Source: an uncultured Gemmatimonadales bacterium | GTDB taxonomy: Bacteria; Gemmatimonadota; Gemmatimonadetes; Longimicrobiales; RSA9 | Assembly: GCA_963741945.1 (NCBI GenBank) | Contig: CAVUKA010000005.1 | Coordinates: forward strand, 480,001 to 544,000 | Reading direction: 5' to 3' | Length of the DNA: 64,000 nucleotides | Shown here: positions 28,304 to 39,180 of the stretch, in pieces | How positions within the stretch are numbered: the first letter of the stretch is position 1 | How the letters are laid out: the number at the start of each line of letters is the position of its first letter | The notes under the pieces: generated by a model | The model's database searches: none | Seen by the model: only the letters and a program-made list of their open reading frames with translations | What the model was told of the DNA's origin: nothing | Translations under genes and position numbers: made by a program

Positions 28304-28332
28304 ATGATAGCCGCCCGGCCATTGCCGTGCAA
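28304..28332 (-). promoter_or_regulatory. putative sigma-70 promoter firing into a region with no convincing ORF
   Basis: TTGCAC-N17-TATCAT on the minus strand just downstream of the aspA stop. Confidence 0.4.
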
Positions 28333-28344
28333 ACCCGTGGTCGC

Positions 28345-30216
28345 TCAGGCTTTCGGGGCCCGCATCTCCCGCGGCCGCGTCATGGTTTCGGGCGACAGGA
28401 TCCGGTCCAGCTCCTCCCGCCCCAGCCACTCCTTTTCCAGCACCAGCTCCGTCACCCCGCGCCCGGTCTCCAGCGCCTCGCGGGCCACCGCGGTGGCCCG
28501 CTCGTAGCCGATGTAGGGGACGAGGGCGGTCACAACCCCGATGCTGTGCTCGAGCAGCTCGCGGATCCGCTCCCGCTCCGCCTGGATCCCCACCACCGCG
28601 CGCTCCCGCAGGACGATGCAGGCCTGCGTCAGCATGTCCACGGACTGGAAGAGGTTGAACGCGATCACCGGCTCGAACACGTTCAGCTGGAGCTGTCCCG
28701 CCTCCGCGGCCATGGTGACGGTCAGGTCGTTCCCCACCACCTGGAAGCACACCTGGTTGACGACTTCCGGGATCACGGGATTGACCTTCCCCGGCATGAT
28801 GCTCGACCCCGGCTGCATGGCCGGGAGACGGATCTCGCCGAGGCCCGCGCGCGGGCCGCTCGAGAGCAGGCGGAGATCATTGCAGATCTTCGACAGCTTC
28901 ACGGCCAGGCGCTTCAGCGTGCCCGAGAGGTGGACGAACGAACCGGTGTCCTGCGTGGCCTCCACGAGGTCGGGACTCGTGATCAGGTCGAGCCCCGTGG
29001 CGGACGACAGCGCCGCCCGCACCTTCTCCGCGTAGCCCGGGTCCGTGTTGATGCCCGTCCCGATGGCCGTCGCGCCCATGTTGATCTCCCGGATCAGCGA
29101 CGCGGCCGTGCGCAGCCGTTCGATCTCCTCGCCCAGCGTGATGCCGAACGCCTTGAACTCCTGGCCCAGCGTCATCGGCACGGCGTCCTGCAGCTGGGTC
29201 CGGCCCATCTTCACGATGTCGGCGAACTCATCGGCCTTGGCCAGGAACGCGTCCCGCAGTGATGCCACCGCCTGCTCCAGGTCCGCCAGCGACCAGATCG
29301 CCGCGATCTTCAGCGCAGTCGGGTAGGCGTCGTTCGTGGACTGCGACAGGTTGACGTGATTGTTCGGGTGGACCACGTCGTACTCCCCGCGCTTCCGGCC
29401 CAGCAGCTCCAGCGCGCGGTTCGCGATGACCTCGTTCGCGTTCATGTTCGTGGACGTCCCCGCTCCCCCCTGGATCACGTCCACCACGAACTCCCCGTGG
29501 AGCTTCCCGGCCCGGATCTCCCTGCACGCGTCGATGACGGCGCCGGCCACGTCGTCGTCCAGCAGCCCCAGCTCCCGGTTCGCCGCCGCCGCCGCTTCCT
29601 TCACCGCCGCCAGCGCGTTCACGAGTTGCGGATACTGGGAGATCGCTATGCCCGTGATCGGGAAGTTCTCCACCGCCCGCAGTGTCTGGAGCCCGTAGTA
29701 ATGCCGGTCCGGGACATCGCGCTCCCCGAGCAGGTCGTGCTCGCGCCGGGCGGCACCGGACAGGTACACCGCCTCTCCCCCCGCCACTCGCCCGGGCGAG
29801 GCGACCCGCGACGCGATCAGCTGCACGGCGCCGGCGACCAGTCGGGAATAGAGGTCCGGCTTCTCCCGCGCGATCCGGCCGATGGCGTCGCGCGGGATCT
29901 CGAACGCTTCCAGGGGCTCGCGGACGTAGGCGGACGCCGAGTGCGGGTAGTCGTCCAGCAGGCTCCCCTCGCCGAACGAGTCGCCCGGCCCCAGGATCGC
30001 CAGCACCGTGGGGCGCCCCCGGTGCCCCGTCCGCAGCTCCAGGGCCCCCTTCACGATCAGCCCGAACGCCTGGCGAGGCTGGCTCTCGTGGAAGACATAG
30101 GCGCCCGGCAGGTACCCGATCACCCGGCCAAGGGAGAAGACGTACTCCCGCTCATCCGCGCGAAGTGCGCGGGTGAGCGGGTGGCTGCGCAGGATCGTCA
30201 GCAGTTTGGTATCCAT
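28345..30216 (-). CDS. aspA: aspartate ammonia-lyase with N-terminal cyclic-nucleotide-binding domain
   Basis: cNMP domain (G.YVFHE, IVKG, GPGDSFGEGSL...PHSASA) fused in frame to YYGLQTLRAVENF, QGGAGTSTNMNANE, KMGRTQLQDA, GSSIMPGKVNP, QLNVFEP. Confidence 0.93.
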   Translation of the reverse strand: MDTKLLTILRSHPLTRALRADEREYVFSLGRVIGYLPGAYVFHESQPRQAFGLIVKGALELRTGHRGRPTVLAILGPGDSFGEGSLLDDYPHSASAYVREPLEAFEIPRDAIGRIAREKPDLYSRLVAGAVQLIASRVASPGRVAGGEAVYLSGAARREHDLLGERDVPDRHYYGLQTLRAVENFPITGIAISQYPQLVNALAAVKEAAAAANRELGLLDDDVAGAVIDACREIRAGKLHGEFVVDVIQGGAGTSTNMNANEVIANRALELLGRKRGEYDVVHPNNHVNLSQSTNDAYPTALKIAAIWSLADLEQAVASLRDAFLAKADEFADIVKMGRTQLQDAVPMTLGQEFKAFGITLGEEIERLRTAASLIREINMGATAIGTGINTDPGYAEKVRAALSSATGLDLITSPDLVEATQDTGSFVHLSGTLKRLAVKLSKICNDLRLLSSGPRAGLGEIRLPAMQPGSSIMPGKVNPVIPEVVNQVCFQVVGNDLTVTMAAEAGQLQLNVFEPVIAFNLFQSVDMLTQACIVLRERAVVGIQAERERIRELLEHSIGVVTALVPYIGYERATAVAREALETGRGVTELVLEKEWLGREELDRILSPETMTRPREMRAPKA

Positions 30217-30535
30217 GGTTCCCCGGCACGGGCGGACCCGTGCACCCAGCGAAACGGCTCGCCTCCACGGCGAGCCGCATGCGAGATCATGACTCACGGG
30301 CCGCGTCCCTCCGCGGGCCCGATATGGCGGTCCCGGCACCGAATGGCCGGGCCGGCCAACAAGCTAGAAGCCCGGCAACGCGGCTACAAGTGGCAGGAGG
30401 GGCGGCGCATGTGCGTCGCGTGAATTGCCATCACGGATGGAAACACGGCCGGAGGTGCGCGTGTACGCGTGCTGGTCGAATGCGTCCTCAGCCGTTACGT
30501 TCGGACGCTTCCAAACCCAGAATCAGCGGATTGCT

Positions 30536-32077
<1,542 letters not shown>

Positions 32078-32120
32078 TCGCAGCGGGCCACCGGCAGGCT
32101 CGGACCTGGCGATTTGGACA

Positions 32121-32154
32121 GAAGGCCCCCGGCTGGCACCGGCCGGGGGCCTTC
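32121..32154 (+). terminator. hairpin terminator after the POT transporter
   Basis: gaaggcccccggc / gccgggggccttc stem. Confidence 0.65.
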
Positions 32155-32250
32155 TCGCGTCGGGTCAGACGGAAAGTGTAGCCCTTCCCCCCATTCGAAC
32201 CCCATATTCCACCCGGAGCCCCGGCCTCACCCTGCACTGACGGAGGTGCC

Positions 32251-33402
32251 GTGTCCCGCTTGCGCCCGCCCGCTCTGGTCGCCGCCTTCGCCCTCGCCCT
32301 GGCGGTGACCGCGGTCCCCTGTCAGGCGCAGGAGCCAGTCCCGGCCGATCACGCGGCCGCCCTCTACCGCGCGGCGCTGGCGCTGGAATCCGAGCAGTCG
32401 TACGACCTGGCGGACGCGCTCATGGAGTACATCCTCCGGCACTACCCGGACAGCGATGCGGCCGCGGCGATCGTCCGGACGCGATCACAGCCGGGGAGGC
32501 GGCGGCTGGACACCAGCGGTCGAACCGAGCTGGTGGTCTGGAGCACGCTGTACGGGTTGTGGCTGGGGGTGGCCGTGCCGGGGATGCTGGGCGCCGAAAA
32601 TGCTGCGGCGTACGGCGCGGGCCTGCTCGTGGGCGGTCCACTGGGGCTCGGGACGGCGATGACGGCGACGCGCGGACGTCCAGTGAGTGATGGCACGGCA
32701 GCGGCCATCACGTTCGGCGGCACGTGGGGTACGTGGCAGGGGTGGGGCTGGGCGGATGTCCTGGGCTCGCGCAGGCGGTGTGAGCCGGACAGCTACTCCG
32801 GCGGCGAGTGGTGCTACGACGACGGCCCATCGGCGGAGGCGGTGCTCGGCTCGATGATCGCCGGGGGCGTGGCGGGGATCCTGGTAGGATCGCGGATCGC
32901 CGGCACACACGGCATCACGCCTGGACAGGCGAGCACGACGAGCCTGGCTGCGGTGTGGGGCATATGGTACGGCTACGCTCTCTCCGTGCTGACGGGCCTG
33001 GATGGATCGAGTGACGGCGCTTTGACGGCGGCGCTCGTGGGTGGAGACCTCGGACTGCTGATCGGGGCCGGCATCGCGCGTCGGCGCCACCCGACGCGGA
33101 GCGCGGCGCGCCTGGTGAGCATCGCCGGCGTGGCCGGCGGTCTCGCCGGCCTCGGGCTCGACCTCATCGTCCAGCCATCGAGCGACGGGGTGGCCGTGGG
33201 CATTCCGATGGCCACGAGCGCGCTGGCACTGGCGGTGGCCGCGAGCGCGATATCATCGAGGCCGTCCAGCGAGACCGGGCTCCGCGCGGGTGCGCGCGGG
33301 GATTGGCGGATCGGCGGACCGGTCGTTCCCGCGTTCCGCCGGGACGATGGGGGGCGGCTGCGCCCGGCGCTCGCCATGACGCTGCTCAGCGGGCGGTTCT
33401 AG
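32251..33402 (+). CDS. hypothetical Gly/Ala-rich membrane protein with N-terminal TPR-like helix
   Basis: GGAGG RBS, signal peptide, many glycine-zipper-like hydrophobic segments. Confidence 0.7.
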   Translation: MSRLRPPALVAAFALALAVTAVPCQAQEPVPADHAAALYRAALALESEQSYDLADALMEYILRHYPDSDAAAAIVRTRSQPGRRRLDTSGRTELVVWSTLYGLWLGVAVPGMLGAENAAAYGAGLLVGGPLGLGTAMTATRGRPVSDGTAAAITFGGTWGTWQGWGWADVLGSRRRCEPDSYSGGEWCYDDGPSAEAVLGSMIAGGVAGILVGSRIAGTHGITPGQASTTSLAAVWGIWYGYALSVLTGLDGSSDGALTAALVGGDLGLLIGAGIARRRHPTRSAARLVSIAGVAGGLAGLGLDLIVQPSSDGVAVGIPMATSALALAVAASAISSRPSSETGLRAGARGDWRIGGPVVPAFRRDDGGRLRPALAMTLLSGRF

Positions 33403-33489
33403 CGCGCGGCTGGCCCCGGTGCAAAGCTGCGCCCGGCGAGCCCCGGCGGCGCCCGGGGGGCCCCGGCGTGGTGTCCCGAGGTCGGGGCG

Positions 33490-34032
33490 TCAGCCGTCCT
33501 GCCGGCCCATGCGGCGCTTCAGGTCTTCCAGGCGGGTGTCGGCCGAGCGGCCTCGCTCCGCGTCTTCCAGGTTCCGGAACTCGGGTTCCCGTGGATGGGC
33601 ATTCAGGTCGTCCAGCTCGGGCCGGATCTCCTCCGGGATCCGGCCCTCCTGGAGCGCCCGCTCCATCTCGTCGAGGTCCCTGCGACACAGGTCCCGCTCC
33701 GCTGCCAGAGCCTCGATCTTCCGTTCGAGCACGCCCGCCCGCTCCCGGTGTCGCTCGCCGTACTCGGCAGCGATCCTGGCCGTCTCGCCGTCGTCGATGT
33801 CGCGCGCCAGGCGCTCCCTGCGGTCGCACGCCTCCGCCTGCTTGCGCTCCTCCTGCAGCCGGAGCCGCGCGTCCCCGATGTCGCGGTCCAGGTGCTCGAT
33901 CTGACTGCGGGCGCCAGCCACCTGCCGGTACACACCGTGTCCGGCGTCCCCGGCCGGTCCGGCCGCCATCTCTCGCCAGAAGTTGTCCACGGCCTCGCGC
34001 CAGGCGCGGCGCAGCTCCGAAAGGCGGCTCAC
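33490..34032 (-). CDS. hypothetical coiled-coil protein (PspA/IM30-like)
   Basis: helical charged sequence with C-terminal ADTRLEDLKRRMG. Confidence 0.65.
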   Translation of the reverse strand: MSRLSELRRAWREAVDNFWREMAAGPAGDAGHGVYRQVAGARSQIEHLDRDIGDARLRLQEERKQAEACDRRERLARDIDDGETARIAAEYGERHRERAGVLERKIEALAAERDLCRRDLDEMERALQEGRIPEEIRPELDDLNAHPREPEFRNLEDAERGRSADTRLEDLKRRMGRQDG

Positions 34033-34041
34033 GCTCGGGTC

Positions 34042-36807
34042 CTAGGCTCCGATCCAGTAATTGATCTTCACGATGAAGACGTTGTCCGGCTGCAGGCGGA
34101 ACATGTCGCGTCCATCCCGCGCCGGGTCGAGGTCGCCGAACGCGCGGTCACCATACCGGTGCTGCTGCCAGACCAGGAACAGCGTGGACCCCGGCTGATA
34201 CTGCCAGCGCAGGACCGCGTTCCCGCGGAGCGACACGACATTGAAGTCGCCATCCTCGAAGGTAGCGTCGATGGCGCCGTCGCCATTGAAGTCGACGTAG
34301 CGCTCACCACCCGCGCTGCACGTGGCGCCACCCACGCAAGCCACGTCCCCACCGGCGCCAGGACTCACGGCGGCGCCTTCGGGTAGATCGCGGAAGCGGA
34401 AGGACCCTGCTTCGGCCAGCTGCTTGTAGGCGGTGAACTGTCCCGCCTCGAGGAGCGGCTGGGCGAAGAGCTGGAGGGTCAGGTCGGGGGTGAACGTCAC
34501 GTTGAGACGTGTCTCGAGGGCGAGGGAGCGGCGGTCGAGGTCTCCGAAAATGTAGCGATCTCCGTATGTGGCACGGAAGCTCCCGTCCGGGAAGGCATCC
34601 ACGTACTGCGCCGCGTCGGTGCGCACGGAGTACCTGGGCTCGAGCTGGAGCTCCCACCCGGACGTGGGACGGATCGTGAGCCCGAGCCCTCCATCCACGG
34701 CGCGCCCGGCCCGCCCGCGATTGTAGCTGAGGCGCGCGTCGAGCCGGAGTGGACTTCTGGGATCGGTGTGGAGCCAGGCGCCGGTCCCCGCGGAGGCCGG
34801 CGCGAGCATGAGCGGACCGCCGCGCGTGGCCGCGTCATCCAGCCGTGCGGGCGTGTAGCGGGCGTCCAGCCCCGCGCTCCAGAAGCTGTTGAACGTCCCG
34901 CGAGCGCTCGCGCTCACCGAGCCATTCTTCCGTGACCGGTCCCATGCGGCGGGTGAGAGTGGGCGGCGTACGGCCGAATGGCGCCACGCCTGGTCGATCG
35001 AAGCGCTGAGCGCGAAATCCCGGAACACGGGACCGGGCTGGATCTCGCGATAGGTCGCCCGGCCGCCGGCACCCAGCCGCTCACTGGCGCCGGAGTAGCC
35101 GAGGTCGTTGACCTCGAACCGCGGCGTCACTTCGCCCATCCACGCGGCGCCCGTCCAGTGGCGGCCGCTCCGGCGCTGGAGCTCGAGCCGCCATTCGATG
35201 CCGGTGAGGGCTGTCCGGGTGGAGTCGACCCTGAAATCGGAGTCGGGCCGCTGGAAGTAATGGTTGCTCGATTCCTGGATCGCGATGAGCGCGGCGCTGT
35301 CCCCCCGCACGGAGCTCGCCGCCACGAACCCGACGAGCGCCCATGCCCGGTCTCCCCACATGTGCTCGAAATCGAGCCCGCCCGTGTACGCGGCGGACGG
35401 CATGAAATCGAACTCGCCGCTGGCCGGCAGCATCCGCCGGACGGCCGTCACGATACCACCCACCGCGGTGGCGCCCTGGCGGAAGTCCTGGCGGAGCCGC
35501 GCCACGCCGTAGTAGCCGCGGGGCTGCGCCAGGTACTCCGAGAGGGTATCCGCCGCGACGGCGGCACTTCCATGGACCAGCGCGCGGCCGCGTTCCTCCG
35601 CGGTGACCGCCACCAGGCCGCCGACGGACAGCCCCCCGGTGCTCCGCCCGGTGAGCTTGGCCGCGCCCAGGATGGTGCTCTGCGACGGGGCGTCGACGAA
35701 CTCCGCGCCGTCGGGCGCAGACCCCTGGGGCGCCCGTCCGATGCGGCGGCTGTAGAACAGCGAGCTCCGGTGGCCCGAGAGATCGAAGCTCAGGATGCGG
35801 GCGTCCTCCACGAAGAACGGCCGCTTCTCGGGGAAGAACGTCTCGAATGCGGACAGGTTGATCACCGCCGGGTCCAGCTCCACCTGGCCGAAATCGGGGT
35901 TGACCGTGGCATCGAGCGTGAACGCGCTGCCGAGGCCGTAGCGGATGTCGGCGCCGGCCGCGGCCTCCGTGGCGCGCCCGCTGAAGAACGGGTCTCCCGC
36001 CTCCGCAGGCCCGGTTACGGTCCGCCCGAGAGCATACGGGCGAATCTCCACCCGTCGCCGCCCGGATGGCGCCCTGATGCCCGAGATCGTCCGGAAGAAG
36101 CTGACCCGGCCATGGCGGCTGCGGGGGATGAGGGCGTAGTAGGTCCGCTCCCCGGCCCCGACGCGCCAGCGCTGGAAGTTGACCCCCCAGGTCTGGGAAG
36201 TGTCCGACGGCTCATAGCGGATCTGCGACCATGGGATCCGCATCTCCACCACCCATTCGTGCTCGTGGCGCTGCACCTTCGAGTCCCAGACCGCGTTCCA
36301 CGACACGTCCTGCTGGTTGTCGTCGAACACGTACGCGTCCCACTGCACGCCCGCGGCGGTCACGCGGAACTCGTAGCCCGTGCGCCGGTCGCGGTTCGAG
36401 TCGAAGGATGCCTGGAAGTAGTCCGCCTGACCCGTCTCGTCCCGGCGAACCAGCTGGTGGGCGATCCGGCCGGGCGACGGCTCATACAGGCGCGCACCCA
36501 CGTAGATCGCGTCCTCGTCGAACAGGAGCCGCACTTCCGTCCGCGCATCGGGACTCGCCCCCTCCACCGGCTCCCCCTGCACGAAGTCCGTGATCGGCTC
36601 GGCCCGGCTCCACGCCGCCTCGTCCAGGCGGCCGTCAATGCGCACGGGGCCGAAGCGGTCCGTCGCCCTCAGGTCCGATGATGATGCGCCGCCCGCGAAG
36701 CCGGCCGCCGCCCCGCCGCGCTGCGCCGCCGCCGGCACGGCCGCGAACGCAGCGCAGGCGACGACGGTGAGGATGCGGATCGCCCTCCCCCCCGCGTCGC
36801 TCGTCAC
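34042..36807 (-). CDS. CBM9-like plus DUF5916 outer-membrane protein
   Basis: IDGRLDEAAW, W.VEMRIPWSQIRY, TVNPDFGQVELD, FFPEKRPFF, FYSRRIG, RWQYQPGS, KINYW. GTG start overlaps the yggX stop. Confidence 0.88.
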   Translation of the reverse strand: MTSDAGGRAIRILTVVACAAFAAVPAAAQRGGAAAGFAGGASSSDLRATDRFGPVRIDGRLDEAAWSRAEPITDFVQGEPVEGASPDARTEVRLLFDEDAIYVGARLYEPSPGRIAHQLVRRDETGQADYFQASFDSNRDRRTGYEFRVTAAGVQWDAYVFDDNQQDVSWNAVWDSKVQRHEHEWVVEMRIPWSQIRYEPSDTSQTWGVNFQRWRVGAGERTYYALIPRSRHGRVSFFRTISGIRAPSGRRRVEIRPYALGRTVTGPAEAGDPFFSGRATEAAAGADIRYGLGSAFTLDATVNPDFGQVELDPAVINLSAFETFFPEKRPFFVEDARILSFDLSGHRSSLFYSRRIGRAPQGSAPDGAEFVDAPSQSTILGAAKLTGRSTGGLSVGGLVAVTAEERGRALVHGSAAVAADTLSEYLAQPRGYYGVARLRQDFRQGATAVGGIVTAVRRMLPASGEFDFMPSAAYTGGLDFEHMWGDRAWALVGFVAASSVRGDSAALIAIQESSNHYFQRPDSDFRVDSTRTALTGIEWRLELQRRSGRHWTGAAWMGEVTPRFEVNDLGYSGASERLGAGGRATYREIQPGPVFRDFALSASIDQAWRHSAVRRPLSPAAWDRSRKNGSVSASARGTFNSFWSAGLDARYTPARLDDAATRGGPLMLAPASAGTGAWLHTDPRSPLRLDARLSYNRGRAGRAVDGGLGLTIRPTSGWELQLEPRYSVRTDAAQYVDAFPDGSFRATYGDRYIFGDLDRRSLALETRLNVTFTPDLTLQLFAQPLLEAGQFTAYKQLAEAGSFRFRDLPEGAAVSPGAGGDVACVGGATCSAGGERYVDFNGDGAIDATFEDGDFNVVSLRGNAVLRWQYQPGSTLFLVWQQHRYGDRAFGDLDPARDGRDMFRLQPDNVFIVKINYWIGA

Positions 36808-37082
36808 CAGCTGATCTGCCCTTCCTTGCTGGTGTCGATGTCGTCGGCCTCTCCGCTGCGGAAGAGGAATGCTTCCATGTTCTGCGACAGGAAGTCCCGG
36901 GCCTGGCGATCGCGGACGTCCAGGCCGTAATGGTTGATCAGCGCGGTCTGGTACTGGAGCCATTCCTGCCAGCACGTGCGGCAGATCCCGGCGTGGACCC
37001 GCTCGCCGAGCTCGTTCCGCAGCGGCGGCTTCTCCAGTGTCTCGCCCGTGCGACCGCACCGCTTGCATTCGATTGTAGCCAT
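36804..37082 (-). CDS. yggX: Fe(II)-trafficking / oxidative-damage protection protein YggX-like
   Basis: ELGERV...IC..CWQEWLQYQTALINHYGL...R.FL...M..FLF. Confidence 0.88.
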   Translation of the reverse strand: MATIECKRCGRTGETLEKPPLRNELGERVHAGICRTCWQEWLQYQTALINHYGLDVRDRQARDFLSQNMEAFLFRSGEADDIDTSKEGQISW

Positions 37083-37251
37083 CTGCTGCTCCTTCAGCTG
37101 CTCGTCGGCGCCCCGCCCCCGGTCCCGTCCCCGGGCTCCACGGAGCAGCCCACGCACAAGGTACGTCCACTGCGGCCCGTGTCCACCCCCTCGGGCCCCG
37201 CCTTCGAGCGGCGCTCCGCACCCCCCGCTCCGGCCCCGCCGCCGGTGCCGC

Positions 37252-38688
37252 CTACCCCCCTGCGGCGGGGCGGGAGAGCTGGTCCAGAACGGCCTCCACG
37301 TCCTCCCACGACGTGCGGTGATTCATGATGCACAGGCGCAGCGCGTATTCGCCGCGCACCCGGGTGGAGGAGATGAGCCCCAGCCCGGATTCACGCAGGC
37401 GACGCAGCCGCGCCTCGTTCTCCGCTTCCCCGCCCCGGGCGCGGAAGCAGACGATCCCGAGGCTGGCGGGCGACACCAGCTCGAAGGACCCGGAAGACCG
37501 GATCCACTCCTCCGCCCGCTCGGCCAGCGTCATCCCCCGCTCGATCGCCTGCCGGAACCGCTCCAGGCCGAAGTATCGGACGGAGAGCCAGATCTTGAGC
37601 GCCCGTGCGGATCGGCTGAGCTGCGGTCCTCGTTCTCCGAAGTTCACTTCCCCATCGTCCGGGGCCCGACCCGCGGCGACCCTCGTATCCTGCAGATAGC
37701 TGGCTTCCGAACGGAACGCGTCCACGAGCTCCCACCCGCGGCGGACGAGCAGGCAGCCGGCCTCGAACGGCTGGAACAGCCACTTGTGCGGGTCCAGCGT
37801 GACGGAATCCGCGCGCTCGATCCCCCGGAGCAGGCGGCGGCCGCGTGTGGTCAGCGCCGCGAACCCGCCGTACGCGCCATCGACGTGGAGCCAGAGCTCC
37901 TCCCGGCTGCAGAGATCCGCCAGGTCGTCCAGCGGATCGATTGCGCCCGTGCTGGTGGAGCCGGCATTCGCCGCCACGAAGAACGGCCGCAGCCCGGCCG
38001 CTCGGTCCTCGGCGATCATCTCCTCGAGCGTGGCAGGTGAAAGCCGGAATTCCGGGTCCGTGGCCAGGATCCGCACGCGGCCGGGCGGGAAGCCGAGGAT
38101 CCTCGCCGCCTTCGTCACGGAAGCGTGGGCTTCGGCGGACGCGTACACCACCCCTGCGGCCCACTTCTCCCCCAGGCGAGCCTCACGGGCCACCACGAGT
38201 GCCGAGAGGTTGGCCATCGACCCGCCGCTCAGGAGCAGTCCGGCGGCGGCGTGCGGATAGTCGATCCAGTCCTTGAACCACGACAGCACTTCGAGCTCGA
38301 GCGACGCGTAGCCTGCGGAGCCCATCCACGTTCCCGGATAGAGGCCGCTGCCGGCGGCCAGCAGCTCACCGAGCATGCCGGGCCAGGTCGGGCAGCTCGG
38401 GATGAAGGCGAAGAAGCGGGGGTGGTCCGTGCTGAGCCCATACGGCAGCACGTCCTCGAAGAGCTGATCGAGCAGCGCGTCGAACGGCATCGGGCGCTCG
38501 GGATCCGATCCCCGGAGCCGCTGACGCATGGCCTCCCGCGTGGCTCCCCGCCAGGCCGGCCCCTCCCCCACTCCGGCCAGCCGGTCCACCAAGCGGTCCA
38601 CGAGATCGTGCCCCATGGCACGCATGGCCTCCGGCGCGATGTCCAGTCCCGTGGGCGCAAGCGGGCGCCCGGCGTCGTTTTCGCTCAT
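37252..38688 (-). CDS. group II PLP-dependent decarboxylase (aromatic-L-amino-acid type)
   Basis: HPRFFAFIP, SGGSMAN, GSTSTGAIDPL, WLHVDGAYGG, DPHKWL (PLP lysine). Confidence 0.92.
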   Translation of the reverse strand: MSENDAGRPLAPTGLDIAPEAMRAMGHDLVDRLVDRLAGVGEGPAWRGATREAMRQRLRGSDPERPMPFDALLDQLFEDVLPYGLSTDHPRFFAFIPSCPTWPGMLGELLAAGSGLYPGTWMGSAGYASLELEVLSWFKDWIDYPHAAAGLLLSGGSMANLSALVVAREARLGEKWAAGVVYASAEAHASVTKAARILGFPPGRVRILATDPEFRLSPATLEEMIAEDRAAGLRPFFVAANAGSTSTGAIDPLDDLADLCSREELWLHVDGAYGGFAALTTRGRRLLRGIERADSVTLDPHKWLFQPFEAGCLLVRRGWELVDAFRSEASYLQDTRVAAGRAPDDGEVNFGERGPQLSRSARALKIWLSVRYFGLERFRQAIERGMTLAERAEEWIRSSGSFELVSPASLGIVCFRARGGEAENEARLRRLRESGLGLISSTRVRGEYALRLCIMNHRTSWEDVEAVLDQLSRPAAGG

Positions 38689-38853
38689 GCCGCCAAGGTG
38701 GCCGTTCGAGCCGCCGTGCGCGAGGTGCGGGGTGGCCACGGCGGCGCGTTCGCCGTTATCGTCATGCGGTGAAGCGCCGTCTCGGCGCCACTGTTCCCAT
38801 GCCGGCCGCGGCCGGCAGAACCGGCCGGGCCGCGTCCCGGGCTGCGCGAGGAT

Positions 38854-39162
38854 ATGCCTGACTACCGTTTCCGCGTTTCCGACGCCTATTTCGTCCCGCT
38901 CCGCGGGTGGATGCTCCGCCTCAAGCTGCTGAACGGGGACTTCGAGCCGTCCATGCTCAAGCCGGGGCGGTCGCTCCGGCTCCGCGCCCCCGATGGCGCG
39001 GAGCGGACGGTCACCGTGAAGGGCCTCGCGGCCACCGGTGGTTTCCAGAAGAAGCACCGGGTGGATCAATACAAGGAGTTCGACCTTGTCATTCCGGCAG
39101 AGGACGCCGTCCGCGACGACCGCACGGTGGCCATCGGCTGGGAGGCCATTCCTGACAGCTGA
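38854..39162 (+). CDS. hypothetical small beta-barrel protein (weak EF-Tu domain II-like look)
   Basis: GAGG RBS, typical codon usage, FRVSDAYFVPLRG. Confidence 0.65.
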   Translation: MPDYRFRVSDAYFVPLRGWMLRLKLLNGDFEPSMLKPGRSLRLRAPDGAERTVTVKGLAATGGFQKKHRVDQYKEFDLVIPAEDAVRDDRTVAIGWEAIPDS

Positions 39163-39180
39163 CCTGTACCGCGGCCCGTC

